Positions 21,977 to 31,235 of a DNA stretch of 64,000 bases are shown in pieces. Below the pieces are notes generated by a model. It was not told the DNA's origin. It made no database searches and saw only the letters and a program-made list of their open reading frames with translations. Source of the stretch: an uncultured Actinomycetes bacterium (GTDB taxonomy: Bacteria; Actinomycetota; UBA4738; HRBIN12); assembly GCA_963704885.1 (NCBI GenBank), contig CAVPIB010000004.1:192001-256000 (forward strand), written 5' to 3'. A program made the translations under genes and the position numbers. Every line of letters starts with the position of its first letter. Position 1 is the stretch's first letter.

Positions 21977-22066
21977 CTGGTGAGGGTGCGGATTGCGGTT
22001 TCCTGCCGTAACATCCGGCCCTAGATTGCCGAGCCGGGGGGATGCTCCTAACATGCGAGCCCTGTC

Positions 22067-23074
22067 ATGAGGACGCCACGGGACGTCGAGGCTTTGATCG
22101 AGGCCGAGCAAGCGGAGGCCATCGGCACCGGCAACGAGGCTCCCGAGATCCAGGCGCCACAGGATATCGTCGGCCGCTCGCCGTGGGAGATCTTCTGGCG
22201 CCAGTTCAAGAAGGATCGCTGGGCCATCGCCGGTGCCCTCATCGTCATCTTCATGATCCTGATGGCGATCTTCGCCCCACTGTTCGTCAAGATCACCCAT
22301 CACGGTCCGAACGACGTGAACCTGCTGGCCCTTGACTCGTTCGGTCTGCCGGCAGGACCGAGCTCCGAGTACTGGTTCGGCGTGGATGCGACCGGTCGGG
22401 ACCTCTTCGTACGTGTCGTTTACGGCGCTCGGACATCGCTCGTGATCGCGTTCTTCGCCACCGGGATGGCGCTCGTGATAGGAGTGATCCTGGGACTCAT
22501 CGCCGGCTTCTACCGCGGCAAGGTGGACACGGTGATCTCGCGGACGACCGACGTCGTGCTGTCGCTCCCCATCCTGCTGCTGGCGTTGGGCCTGGCCGCC
22601 GCGTGCGGGGCGACCGCCGAGGGCTGCATGGGCGGCCTCATCACGCCTGGGTTGGTGCTGGTCAGCCTCATCATCGGTTTGTTCAGTTGGCCGTACATCG
22701 CCCGCATCATCCGCGGTCAGGTGCTGTCCCTGCGTGAGAAGGAGTTCGTGGAGGCGGCGCGGTCGCTCGGGTCGTCGAACTTCCGGATAGTCCTGCGGGA
22801 GGTTCTGCCGAACGTCGCGGCTCCTATCATCGTGTTCACGACCCTGATCATCCCGTCCAACATCTTGTTCGAAGCCGGACTATCGTTCCTGGGCGTGGGG
22901 GTACCGGACTCCACACCTTCGTGGGGCGCGATGTTGGCCTCGGCCGGCTCCGCGTTCACGTACGCGCCCTGGCTCATGATCTTCCCGGGGGTCGCGCTGT
23001 TCATGACCACCCTGGCGTTCAACCTGGTCGGCGACGGCCTCCGCGACGCACTCGATCCTCGGACCTCGGGCTGA
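22067..23074 (+). CDS. Oligopeptide/dipeptide ABC transporter permease (OppC/DppC-like)
   Basis: FGVDATGRD, REKEFVEAARSLG, LSFLGVG, FNLVGDGLRDALDPR. Confidence 0.93.
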   Translation: MRTPRDVEALIEAEQAEAIGTGNEAPEIQAPQDIVGRSPWEIFWRQFKKDRWAIAGALIVIFMILMAIFAPLFVKITHHGPNDVNLLALDSFGLPAGPSSEYWFGVDATGRDLFVRVVYGARTSLVIAFFATGMALVIGVILGLIAGFYRGKVDTVISRTTDVVLSLPILLLALGLAAACGATAEGCMGGLITPGLVLVSLIIGLFSWPYIARIIRGQVLSLREKEFVEAARSLGSSNFRIVLREVLPNVAAPIIVFTTLIIPSNILFEAGLSFLGVGVPDSTPSWGAMLASAGSAFTYAPWLMIFPGVALFMTTLAFNLVGDGLRDALDPRTSG

Positions 23075-23181
23075 CCGTATCCAACAACGGGAACGCGGGA
23101 GGCCGAAGGGAGGACATCAGGCAGCACCGGACCGAAGCGGATGTGCAAGTAGAGACCTGCACCTAGGGAAGGGAGGCACCG

Positions 23182-25053
23182 TTGAAAAGAACACTGAAGA
23201 TGATCGCCGTCGTGGCGGTCCTCGCCGTCGTGGCGGCTGCGTGTAGTAGCGGCGACGACGGAGGAACCGACCAGGGCTCCGACACAGGAGCACCGAGCGC
23301 CGCTACCGACCTGTCGGGCGGCACGCTCCGTATGGGACAGCTGGGAGACGTATCGGCGGCGTTCGATCCGCAGAAGGAGTACTACAGCGTCACGTGGGAG
23401 TATTACCGCTGTTGTTTGACGCGTATGTTGATGTCCTACAAGGGGGTCCCGACCGCCGAGGGCGGCACGCAGATCTTCCCGGACCTGGCCGCGTCCGACC
23501 CGACGATCTCTGACGACGGGCTCACCTGGACGTACTCGATCAAGCCTGGCATCTACTACGGTGACCCGCTCGGCGACGTCGAGATCACGGCCCAGGACTT
23601 CATCCGCGCGATGGAGCGGACCGCCAACTCGAAGGCGAACGTCGGTGGGTACTCGTTCTACTACAGCGTGATCAAGGGCTTCGATGAGTTCGGTGCCGGC
23701 GATGCCGACACGATCTCGGGCATGACCGCTGTGGACGACCACACGCTCCAGATCGAGGTAACCGGCCCGACGGCCGACCTGAGCTACCGCCTGGCCATGC
23801 CGACGGCCGCTCCGATCCCGCCGAACGGTGACGCCCCGTTGGGTGTGGCCCAGGGCCACGACAAGAACTACGGACGGTTCCTGGTGTCCTCCGGCCCCTA
23901 CCAGTTCGAGGGTGCGGACGCGCTCGACTTCTCGGTCCCCGCGGGCGACCAGAAGGAAGTGGCGGGCTACGTCCCAGGTCGTTCGATCGTGCTGGTCCGC
24001 AACCCGCAGTGGGACCCGGCGACCGACGAACTGCGCAAGGCCTACCCGGACCGGATCGAGGTCGCGATCGGCGGCGACAACAACGACCTCTACAACCAGA
24101 TCAAGGCGAACGAGCTGGACTTCGTCGTGGACGGCGCCGTGCCGCCCGAGACGATCCGTGAGTACCAGACCAATCCCGACCTGCAAGGCAAGATCAACGT
24201 GAACCCGTCGGATGCCCTCCGGTACATCTCGTTCAACCTGCTGGTGCCGCCCTTCGACGACATCCACGTCCGCAAGGCGTTCAACTGGGCGTTGGACAAA
24301 GCCGGGATGCGGCAGCTCCGTGGTGGTGAGACGACCGGTGAGATCGCCGGCCACATCATGGTGAACAGCCTGCAAGACAACCTGCTGGTGGACTACGACC
24401 CGTACCCCACACCTAACGCGGCCGGGGACATCGCGCAGGCGATGGAAGAGATGAAGCAGTCGAAGTACGACACCAACCAGGACGGCGTTTGCGACGCGCC
24501 TGAGTGCTCGGACATCCTGGCCATGACAGACAACCAGGATCCTTACCCGAAGCAGGCGGCGCTTATCACGCCGATCATGGAGCAGATCGGGCTGACCTTC
24601 GACGTGAAGGAGCTCGAGCGCACGACCATGTACAACAAGTGCGTCGACATGAACGCGCTCGCCGGCATCTGCCTTGGCCCAGCGTGGGGCAAGGACTACC
24701 CGGCGGGCTTCACGTTCGCCAGCCCGCTCTTCGGAGACGAGAGTCTCTGGGAGAGCTGCTGCAACTACAACGGCCTGGGCGCCACCCCCGAGCAGATCAA
24801 GGAGTGGGGCTACACGGCGGTTACCTCGGTGCCGAGCGTCGACGATGCGATCGACGCATGCGGTGAGGCTGTTGGCGATGCGCTGTTCCAGTGCTGGGCG
24901 GACTTCGACACGATGCTGATGGAGGATGTGGTGCCGTTCGCGCCGTATCTGTTCGACAACAACGTCGACATCATCAGCGACAACGTCGTGAACTACTCGT
25001 TCGACCAGTTCGCGGGTCTCGCAGCGTTCGATCAGATGGCCGTGGCCAGCTGA
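23182..25053 (+). CDS. Family 5 ABC transporter substrate-binding lipoprotein (OppA/DppA-like)
   Basis: TTG start with GGAGG RBS; lipobox AAAC; PDLA..P..S.DGLTWTY.IK, SSGPY, PPFDDIHVRKA. Confidence 0.9.
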   Translation: MKRTLKMIAVVAVLAVVAAACSSGDDGGTDQGSDTGAPSAATDLSGGTLRMGQLGDVSAAFDPQKEYYSVTWEYYRCCLTRMLMSYKGVPTAEGGTQIFPDLAASDPTISDDGLTWTYSIKPGIYYGDPLGDVEITAQDFIRAMERTANSKANVGGYSFYYSVIKGFDEFGAGDADTISGMTAVDDHTLQIEVTGPTADLSYRLAMPTAAPIPPNGDAPLGVAQGHDKNYGRFLVSSGPYQFEGADALDFSVPAGDQKEVAGYVPGRSIVLVRNPQWDPATDELRKAYPDRIEVAIGGDNNDLYNQIKANELDFVVDGAVPPETIREYQTNPDLQGKINVNPSDALRYISFNLLVPPFDDIHVRKAFNWALDKAGMRQLRGGETTGEIAGHIMVNSLQDNLLVDYDPYPTPNAAGDIAQAMEEMKQSKYDTNQDGVCDAPECSDILAMTDNQDPYPKQAALITPIMEQIGLTFDVKELERTTMYNKCVDMNALAGICLGPAWGKDYPAGFTFASPLFGDESLWESCCNYNGLGATPEQIKEWGYTAVTSVPSVDDAIDACGEAVGDALFQCWADFDTMLMEDVVPFAPYLFDNNVDIISDNVVNYSFDQFAGLAAFDQMAVAS

Positions 25054-25091
25054 TCGTGGGAGACCTCAAGTAACAGGTGACACGCACGACT

Positions 25092-25122
25092 CGGAGGGGG
25101 CCGCGACGAGCGGCCCCCTCCG
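25092..25122 (+). terminator. 13-bp GC hairpin after the substrate-binding gene (terminator or mRNA-stabilising stem)
   Basis: CGGAGGGGGCCGC-gacga-GCGGCCCCCTCCG perfect inverted repeat; no U tract. Confidence 0.65.
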
Positions 25123-25156
25123 GTCGAGCATCGAGCGAGGGCGGGAGGCGTAGCGG

Positions 25157-26128
25157 GTGGGAAGGTACCTGATCCGAAGGTTCCTCTTCATGATCCTGGT
25201 GCTATTCGTCGTCTCCCTGCTCACGTTCCTTATCTTCGTCAAGCTGCCGGCCGGCGATCCCGCGCGCCGTGCCGTCGGTCGCACCACGACCCCTGAGCAG
25301 ATCGAGGCGGCTCGCGTCGCGTTCGGCTTGGACAAACCCATCTACGTGCAGTACGGGCGCTTCGCCAAGGGCCTGCTGCCCTGGCCGGGGCTGTTCCTGA
25401 CGGAGGACGTCTACTACTCCTACGGCAACTTCGTGCCCGTGAAGGAGGAGATCTACAGGCGGCTCCCGGTGACCATCACCCTCGCCCTTGGGGCCGCGGT
25501 CCTCTGGCTCATGCTGGGGATCCCGATCGGGATCATCTCGGGGATCAAGCGCGGATCATTCTGGGATCGGGCGGGCATGCTGTTCGCACTGATCGGTGTC
25601 TCGCTACCGGTGTTCTGGCTAGGGCAGCTGCTCCTGTATTTCTTCTGGTTCAAGTTGGGGGTCGCGCCGGCTTCTGGGCTCGAGATCAACGCGACCATCT
25701 GGCAGTCGATCGCCTCGGGGAGGTTCATCCTGCCGTGGATCACGCTCTCCGTGACATCTGCCGCCTTCTACGCCCGGATGGTGCGCGGCAATCTGATCGA
25801 GACCATGAGCGAGGACTACATCCGTACGGCGAGAGCGAAGGGTCTGCCCGAGAGGCGCGTCATCTTCCGACACGGGCTGCGAGGTGCGCTCACGCCGGTC
25901 GTCACCATGCTCGGACTGGATCTGGGCGCACTTCTGGGTGGCGCGTTCATCACCGAGACGCTGTTCGCGCTCCCCGGCATCGGCCAGCTGGCGGTCAAGT
26001 CGATCGAAACGCAGGACTTCCCCATGGTCATGGGTGTCACGGTCCTGGGGGCTCTGTTCATAGCGTTCGCCAACCTGGTCGTGGATGTGGTCTACGCCTT
26101 CCTCGACCCCAGGGTCAGGTACACGTAG
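25157..26128 (+). CDS. Oligopeptide/dipeptide ABC transporter permease (OppB/DppB-like)
   Basis: YLIRR, FGLDKP..VQY, EDYIRTARAKGL, E..F..PGIG, NLVVD..YAFLDPRVR. Confidence 0.93.
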   Translation: MGRYLIRRFLFMILVLFVVSLLTFLIFVKLPAGDPARRAVGRTTTPEQIEAARVAFGLDKPIYVQYGRFAKGLLPWPGLFLTEDVYYSYGNFVPVKEEIYRRLPVTITLALGAAVLWLMLGIPIGIISGIKRGSFWDRAGMLFALIGVSLPVFWLGQLLLYFFWFKLGVAPASGLEINATIWQSIASGRFILPWITLSVTSAAFYARMVRGNLIETMSEDYIRTARAKGLPERRVIFRHGLRGALTPVVTMLGLDLGALLGGAFITETLFALPGIGQLAVKSIETQDFPMVMGVTVLGALFIAFANLVVDVVYAFLDPRVRYT

Positions 26129-27141
26129 TGGCCGACCCGCTCTTGGAGGTCAAGGACCTCAAGGTTCATTTCCACACCGAGGACGGGGTCGTCAAAGCCG
26201 TCGACGGCGTGTCGTTCGGGATCCAGCCGGGGGAGACCCTTGGGATCGTCGGCGAATCGGGATCCGGCAAGAGCGTCAGCGCGCTCACTGTGCTTAGGCT
26301 CACCGACTCGCCACAGGCCAAGATCTCGGGTGAGGTGTGGTTCCGTGGCGTGGATCTGCTGAAGCTGCCGACCGACGAGATGCGCACCATCCGTGGCGCC
26401 AAGATCTCCATGATCTTCCAGGACCCGATGACGTCCCTGCACCCCTTCTACAAGGTCGGCGATCAGATCGCCGAGGCGATCCGCGAACACCAGAAGGTGA
26501 GCAAGAAGGAGGCCTTCGGTCAGGCGGTGGAGATGCTCGGCAAGGTGAACATCCCTCGACCTGAGGAGCGTGCGAAGCAGTTCCCTCACGAGTTCTCCGG
26601 AGGTATGCGTCAGAGGGCCATGATCGCGATGGCACTTGCGCTCAACCCCGACCTGCTGATCGCCGACGAGCCCACGACCGCTCTAGACGTCACCGTTCAG
26701 GCGCAGATCTTGGATCTGATCGACCGCTTGAAGGATGAGTTCAACGCCGCGGTGATCATCATCACGCACGACCTTGGGGTGGTGGCCGAGCACTGCGACA
26801 ACATCCAGGTGATGTATGGGGGCAAGGCAGTGGAGTACGGCAACACCGACGACATCTATTACCGGCCACTGCACCCTTACGCGTGGGGTCTGCTCCGGTC
26901 CATCCCGCGTCTGGACGCGGAGGACAAGGAGCCACTGCATCCGATCCGTGGGCTACCTCCGTCGCTCATCAACGTGCCGACGGGCTGCGCGTTCCATCCT
27001 CGGTGTCCCTACGTGATGGATGTGTGCAGGTCCGACGTCCCCGAGCTAATGCCGGTCGATGGCCACCACGCGTCGGCCTGCCACTTGAGCTTGGCCGACA
27101 AGCAGAGGATCTTGGAGCAGGAGGTCTTGGCCCGAGGATGA
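26128..27141 (+). CDS. Oligopeptide ABC transporter ATP-binding protein (OppD-like)
   Basis: [32 protein letters not shown]-terminal C.FHPRC. Confidence 0.94.
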   Translation: MADPLLEVKDLKVHFHTEDGVVKAVDGVSFGIQPGETLGIVGESGSGKSVSALTVLRLTDSPQAKISGEVWFRGVDLLKLPTDEMRTIRGAKISMIFQDPMTSLHPFYKVGDQIAEAIREHQKVSKKEAFGQAVEMLGKVNIPRPEERAKQFPHEFSGGMRQRAMIAMALALNPDLLIADEPTTALDVTVQAQILDLIDRLKDEFNAAVIIITHDLGVVAEHCDNIQVMYGGKAVEYGNTDDIYYRPLHPYAWGLLRSIPRLDAEDKEPLHPIRGLPPSLINVPTGCAFHPRCPYVMDVCRSDVPELMPVDGHHASACHLSLADKQRILEQEVLARG

Positions 27142-28193
27142 GCACCGAAGTCACCGAGCGCGCCGAACCGCCTTCACCTCCGTCCGGGGAGCCCTTGATC
27201 CGGATCGAAGGGATCAAGAAGTACTTCCCGATCACACGCGGCATCTTGATCCAGCATCACGTCGGCGACGTGCACGCTGTAGACGGCGTCGACCTCGAGG
27301 TGGCACCCGGCGAGACGCTTGGATTGGTGGGGGAGACCGGCTGCGGCAAGTCAACGCTCGCACGTGTGGTGATGCGGCTCTTCGAGCCTACGGAAGGCAG
27401 GATCTGGTTCGATGGCCAGGACATCACTCAACTCAAGGGCGGCGATCTTCGCGAACTCCGTCGCGACATGCAGATGATCTTCCAGGACCCCTACGCGTCC
27501 CTGAACCCGCGCAAGACCATCGGGACCATCATCGGCACACCGTTCCGCCTACACGGCACCGTGCCCCGCAAGACGGTCAAGAGCGAGGTCCAGCAGCTGA
27601 TGGAGCTGGTGGGCCTCAACCCGGAGCACTACAACCGGTACCCGCACGAGTTCTCAGGCGGTCAGCGTCAGCGTATCGGCGTGGCCAGGTCGCTTGCCCT
27701 TCGCCCCAAGCTGATCGTCTGCGACGAGCCGGTTTCGGCCTTGGACGTCTCGGTCCAGGCGCAGATCCTGAACCTCCTGGGCGACCTGCAGGAGGAGTTC
27801 AAGCTCACCTACCTGTTCATCGCCCACGACCTTTCGGTCGTGAAGCACGTGTCGGACCGAGTGGCCGTGATGTACCTGGGCAAGATCGTGGAGATGTCCG
27901 ACGGGAGCACGCTGTACAGGACGCCGAAGCACCCCTACACGGGGGCCCTGCTCTCGGCCGTGCCGGTAGCCGATCCGAACATCGCCAGACAGAAGAAGCG
28001 CATCATCCTCGAAGGGGATGTACCTTCGCCGATCGATCCACCCTCCGGGTGCCGGTTCCACCCCCGTTGTCCCCGGGCGCAGTTCCCGCGCTGCCAGGAG
28101 GATGACCCCCAGTTGATGCCGCAGCATCCCGGACAGGTCGCTGCGTGCCATTTCCCCTTGGAAGACCGTACTATCGAGGCTTCCTCGGACTGA
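27138..28193 (+). CDS. Oligopeptide ABC transporter ATP-binding protein (OppF-like)
   Basis: [43 protein letters not shown]; ATGA overlap with the previous gene. Confidence 0.94.
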   Translation: MSTEVTERAEPPSPPSGEPLIRIEGIKKYFPITRGILIQHHVGDVHAVDGVDLEVAPGETLGLVGETGCGKSTLARVVMRLFEPTEGRIWFDGQDITQLKGGDLRELRRDMQMIFQDPYASLNPRKTIGTIIGTPFRLHGTVPRKTVKSEVQQLMELVGLNPEHYNRYPHEFSGGQRQRIGVARSLALRPKLIVCDEPVSALDVSVQAQILNLLGDLQEEFKLTYLFIAHDLSVVKHVSDRVAVMYLGKIVEMSDGSTLYRTPKHPYTGALLSAVPVADPNIARQKKRIILEGDVPSPIDPPSGCRFHPRCPRAQFPRCQEDDPQLMPQHPGQVAACHFPLEDRTIEASSD

Positions 28194-28208
28194 GCTGGAG
28201 TCTCACGC

Positions 28209-28436
28209 ATGCTGAACACGGTCATCATCGTCCTGGACGTCCTCTCAGCGTTGTTCCTCATCGTCACGATCCTGCTGCACTCCGGGCGCGGGAGCGGCCT
28301 GTCCGACATGTTCGGTGGGGGGAGCAACCTGTCCGGCGGCACCGCCATGGAGCGGACGCTGGACAAGATCACGGTGGCCACTGCCGTCGTCTTCGGGCTC
28401 TGCACCATCTGGCTGGCCTGGCGCTGGAACCCGTAG
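28209..28436 (+). CDS. secG: Preprotein translocase subunit SecG
   Basis: Two TM segments, ILLHSGRGSGLSDMFGGG, ERTLDKIT. Confidence 0.93.
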   Translation: MLNTVIIVLDVLSALFLIVTILLHSGRGSGLSDMFGGGSNLSGGTAMERTLDKITVATAVVFGLCTIWLAWRWNP

Positions 28437-28452
28437 AGCACGCGCCCCCCGT

Positions 28453-28461
28453 TGCTAGAAT
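28453..28461 (+). promoter_or_regulatory. Extended -10 promoter (TGC-TAGAAT) for the tRNA
   Basis: TGnTAnnnT 14 nt upstream of the tRNA 5' end. Confidence 0.6.
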
Positions 28462-28475
28462 CCTGACTCGCTCAC

Positions 28476-28565
28476 GTCGGAGTGGCGGAACTTGGTAGAC
28501 GCGCTAGGTTGAGGGCCTAGTGTCCTTCGCAGGACGTGGGGGTTCAAATCCCCCCTCCGACACCA
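28476..28565 (+). tRNA. tRNA-Leu, anticodon GAG
   Basis: Acceptor GTCGGAG/CTCCGAC+A+CCA; anticodon arm CTAGG-TTGAGGG-CCTAG; long variable arm GTCCT..AGGAC; T arm GGGGG-TTCAAAT-CCCCC. Confidence 0.97.
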
Positions 28566-28634
28566 CCTAGAAGTGACGTCTCGCGCGTGCCAGCTCCGAA
28601 TCGAAGTAGGAACGGGCTCGCGAGTAAGGCGAAG

Positions 28635-29076
28635 CTAGCGCCGAACGGCGTCGCGGATGAGCCCGTACGCTGCCGTAGCTGATGCCAGCCCGATGACGAG
28701 CCATGAAGCGAGTGCTTCAGTGGTGGCTGGGGATCTGATGAGTCCGGTCGCCGTCCACACGAGGGCACCGACGTTGGCGGCCAAGGCCGCGATCAGGACA
28801 ACTCGGCCAACGACCCGGGCCTCTCTCCAAGCACCATCTGGCGTTCTTGTCATCAGTGAGCCCGCCCATACGAGCACAGTGATCAGTCCGGCGGAGGTCA
28901 GCAGCCAGGGGACCAACCGGGGCAAAGGTGTTCGGAACCGGTCCGCTACGTAGGCCTCACGAGCGAGCACGTACACGAGCGTGATCATCCGGGCGGCCGC
29001 AACCACCAAGCCCTCTGCGATCAAGAGCCCACCTGCCAACCGGCCGAAGCGATCTGCGCGCTGACCATCGGGCATG
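28635..29076 (-). CDS. Hypothetical membrane protein (about 4 TM)
   Basis: Hydrophobic segments throughout; ATG (MPDGQRADRF) near 29076 taken as start, coordinate approximate. Confidence 0.55.
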
Positions 29077-29178
29077 GAAGCAGTATCCAGCCGCAGGCGA
29101 TCGGCGAGCACTAAGCTGAAGTTATGCAGCGGATCTCATCCGATCGGGAGTGAAGATGGGATCGTCCGGAGGTGAGAC

Positions 29179-29451
29179 GTGGTTCGTCGAGTGACGCCGC
29201 GTTCGCGTCTGCTACGGATCCTTCGGATCGTCATGCTCTCGTTCGCTGCGTTGTTGGCGGCGCTCGGCATCCCGATCATCGTTCGCTCGTCGCACCGTCT
29301 CGGCCAGCGGGGAGAGGTTGTTCTCGACGCCGACGAACCCGATCGGGAAGGCGCGACGACGCTCGACCCGAAAGCCAGACCACCTTTTCCCGGAGTCGGG
29401 GGTGCTGGACACACCCTGAGGCGTTTGGGACACTCGAACCAGATGAGCTAG
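29179..29451 (+). CDS. Small single-TM hypothetical protein
   Basis: One hydrophobic helix (VMLSFAALLAALGIPII); weak support otherwise. Confidence 0.4.
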   Translation: MVRRVTPRSRLLRILRIVMLSFAALLAALGIPIIVRSSHRLGQRGEVVLDADEPDREGATTLDPKARPPFPGVGGAGHTLRRLGHSNQMS

Positions 29452-29586
29452 CTGGCCCTCCTCGGCAGCGCCGCGCGCCACACTTGGCGCCCGGTTCGTG
29501 TACCCAGCCAGGAGGCCGACCGAGATGCTCACTCCCGCCTCAACCAGGAACTTGCCCCGTCCCGCTCGCCCCAGGAGCGTCGTGTT

Positions 29587-31182
29587 GTGACCACCCTCGA
29601 GGTTCGCGATCTCTCCGTCGAGGTCGGCGGCAAGACCGTCGTCCAAGACCTGAGCTTCACGCTGCGCGCCGGCGACAAGATGGGTGTTGTCGGACGCAAC
29701 GGCGCCGGCAAGACGAGTCTGCTCAAGGTGCTTGCGGGGGAGGAGCTTCCGCTTGCGGGCAGCGCTGCTCACACCGGCGCCTTGGGTTACCTGCGGCAGG
29801 ATCCACGCCAGCACCGCGCGGACGATCAGCTCACCGGCCTGGAGCACATCCTGGCCGCGCGCGACCTGATCGACCTGGCCCGACGTCTGGAGAAGGCTCG
29901 GATCCAGTTGGAGGAATCGCACGCGGAACGCGACGTGACGCGGTTCGCTCGGTTGGAGGAGGAGTACCGCGAGCTCGGCGGATACGCGGCGGAGTCCGAG
30001 GCTCGCACGATCACGGCCGGCCTGGGCTTGGCCCAAGACCGTCTTGCCTTGCCCGTTCGCGCACTATCCGGAGGTGAGCGCAGGCGTCTGGAGTTGGCGC
30101 GGATCCTGTTCGGTGGGAGCGATCTGCTCATGCTGGATGAGCCCACGAACCACCTGGATGCCGACGCCAAGCTCTGGCTGATGAAGTTCCTAGCGTCCTA
30201 CCGGGGCGCGCTCATGGTCGTCAGCCACGACCTCAAGCTGCTGGATGCGTCGATCACCCGGATCCTGCACGTGGACCGCGATCAGGTGGTGGAGTACCGC
30301 GGCACCTACTCGCAGTACCGGGAGGCACGCAAGCAGGACGAGATACGACTGCGCGCTCTCGCTGGTCGGCAGCAACACGAGATCACACGCCTCAAGACGC
30401 TGGCCGACTCCATGCGCGGCCAGACCGCGAAGCGCGCGCGCAAAGCGAAGACCCTCGACACGCGCGTCCAGAAGCTCACCGCCAAGAAGGTGGAGGGCCC
30501 AACGCGGGAGAAGCGCGTGACTTTCCGGTTCCCCGAACCGCCGCACAGCGGCAAGGTGCTCCTGGTGGCGAACGACCTGACCAAGAGCTACGGCGGGCCC
30601 CCGGTGTTCGAGGACATCTCGTTCGACGTGGCTCGAGGTGAGCGGCTGCTGATCATGGGTTTGAACGGCGCGGGCAAGACCAGCCTGCTCCGGATCTTGG
30701 CGGGAGAGTCCGAGGCTGATCACGGTTCGTTCCGATTGGGCCACGGCGCGGAGCTCGGGTACTACGCGCAGGAGCACGAAGGGCTCCGCGACGAGGTCGC
30801 GGTACTCGAGCACATGCGCGCGGAGTCGGGAGCCGAGGACCAGCAGCTTCGCTCGCTGCTCGGCATGTTCCGGCTCACGGGCGAGATGGCGTTCCAGGAC
30901 GCGGGCACGCTCTCGGGTGGGGAGAAGACCAAGCTCGCACTCGCGCAGTTGGTGGCGGGCCAGAAGAACCTGCTCCTGCTGGACGAGCCGACGAACAACC
31001 TCGATCCGCCCTCCCGCACCGCCATCGCCGAGGCACTGGCCGGGTGGCCGGGGACGATGGTTCTGGTGAGCCACGATATCGAGTTCGTGGAAGCGCTTGC
31101 CCCGCACCGGGTGCTGATGATGCCGGACGGCACGCTCGACTTCTGGAGCGACGATCTGCTCGAACTCGTGGCGCTCGCCTGA
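29587..31182 (+). CDS. ABC-F family ATP-binding protein
   Basis: Two ATPase cassettes (GRNGAGKT, LSGGE, LDEPTNHLD; GLNGAGKT, LSGGE, LDEPTNNLD), no TM domain, inter-ABC linker. Confidence 0.93.
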   Translation: MTTLEVRDLSVEVGGKTVVQDLSFTLRAGDKMGVVGRNGAGKTSLLKVLAGEELPLAGSAAHTGALGYLRQDPRQHRADDQLTGLEHILAARDLIDLARRLEKARIQLEESHAERDVTRFARLEEEYRELGGYAAESEARTITAGLGLAQDRLALPVRALSGGERRRLELARILFGGSDLLMLDEPTNHLDADAKLWLMKFLASYRGALMVVSHDLKLLDASITRILHVDRDQVVEYRGTYSQYREARKQDEIRLRALAGRQQHEITRLKTLADSMRGQTAKRARKAKTLDTRVQKLTAKKVEGPTREKRVTFRFPEPPHSGKVLLVANDLTKSYGGPPVFEDISFDVARGERLLIMGLNGAGKTSLLRILAGESEADHGSFRLGHGAELGYYAQEHEGLRDEVAVLEHMRAESGAEDQQLRSLLGMFRLTGEMAFQDAGTLSGGEKTKLALAQLVAGQKNLLLLDEPTNNLDPPSRTAIAEALAGWPGTMVLVSHDIEFVEALAPHRVLMMPDGTLDFWSDDLLELVALA

Positions 31183-31235
31183 GGCGAGTATCATGCGCCG
31201 ACCCCACGCGGAGACAGATCGGAGCGAACGAACCG

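Noticed and set aside
23075-23181. Purine-rich spacer before the substrate-binding gene with GCCGAAG resembling a glycine riboswitch
   Set aside because: Lacks the conserved GGAGA and CTCTCAGG elements and is too short.
28566-29586. Possible integrative element at tRNA-Leu
   Set aside because: No integrase and no duplicated tRNA 3' end found; only two small hypothetical ORFs follow.
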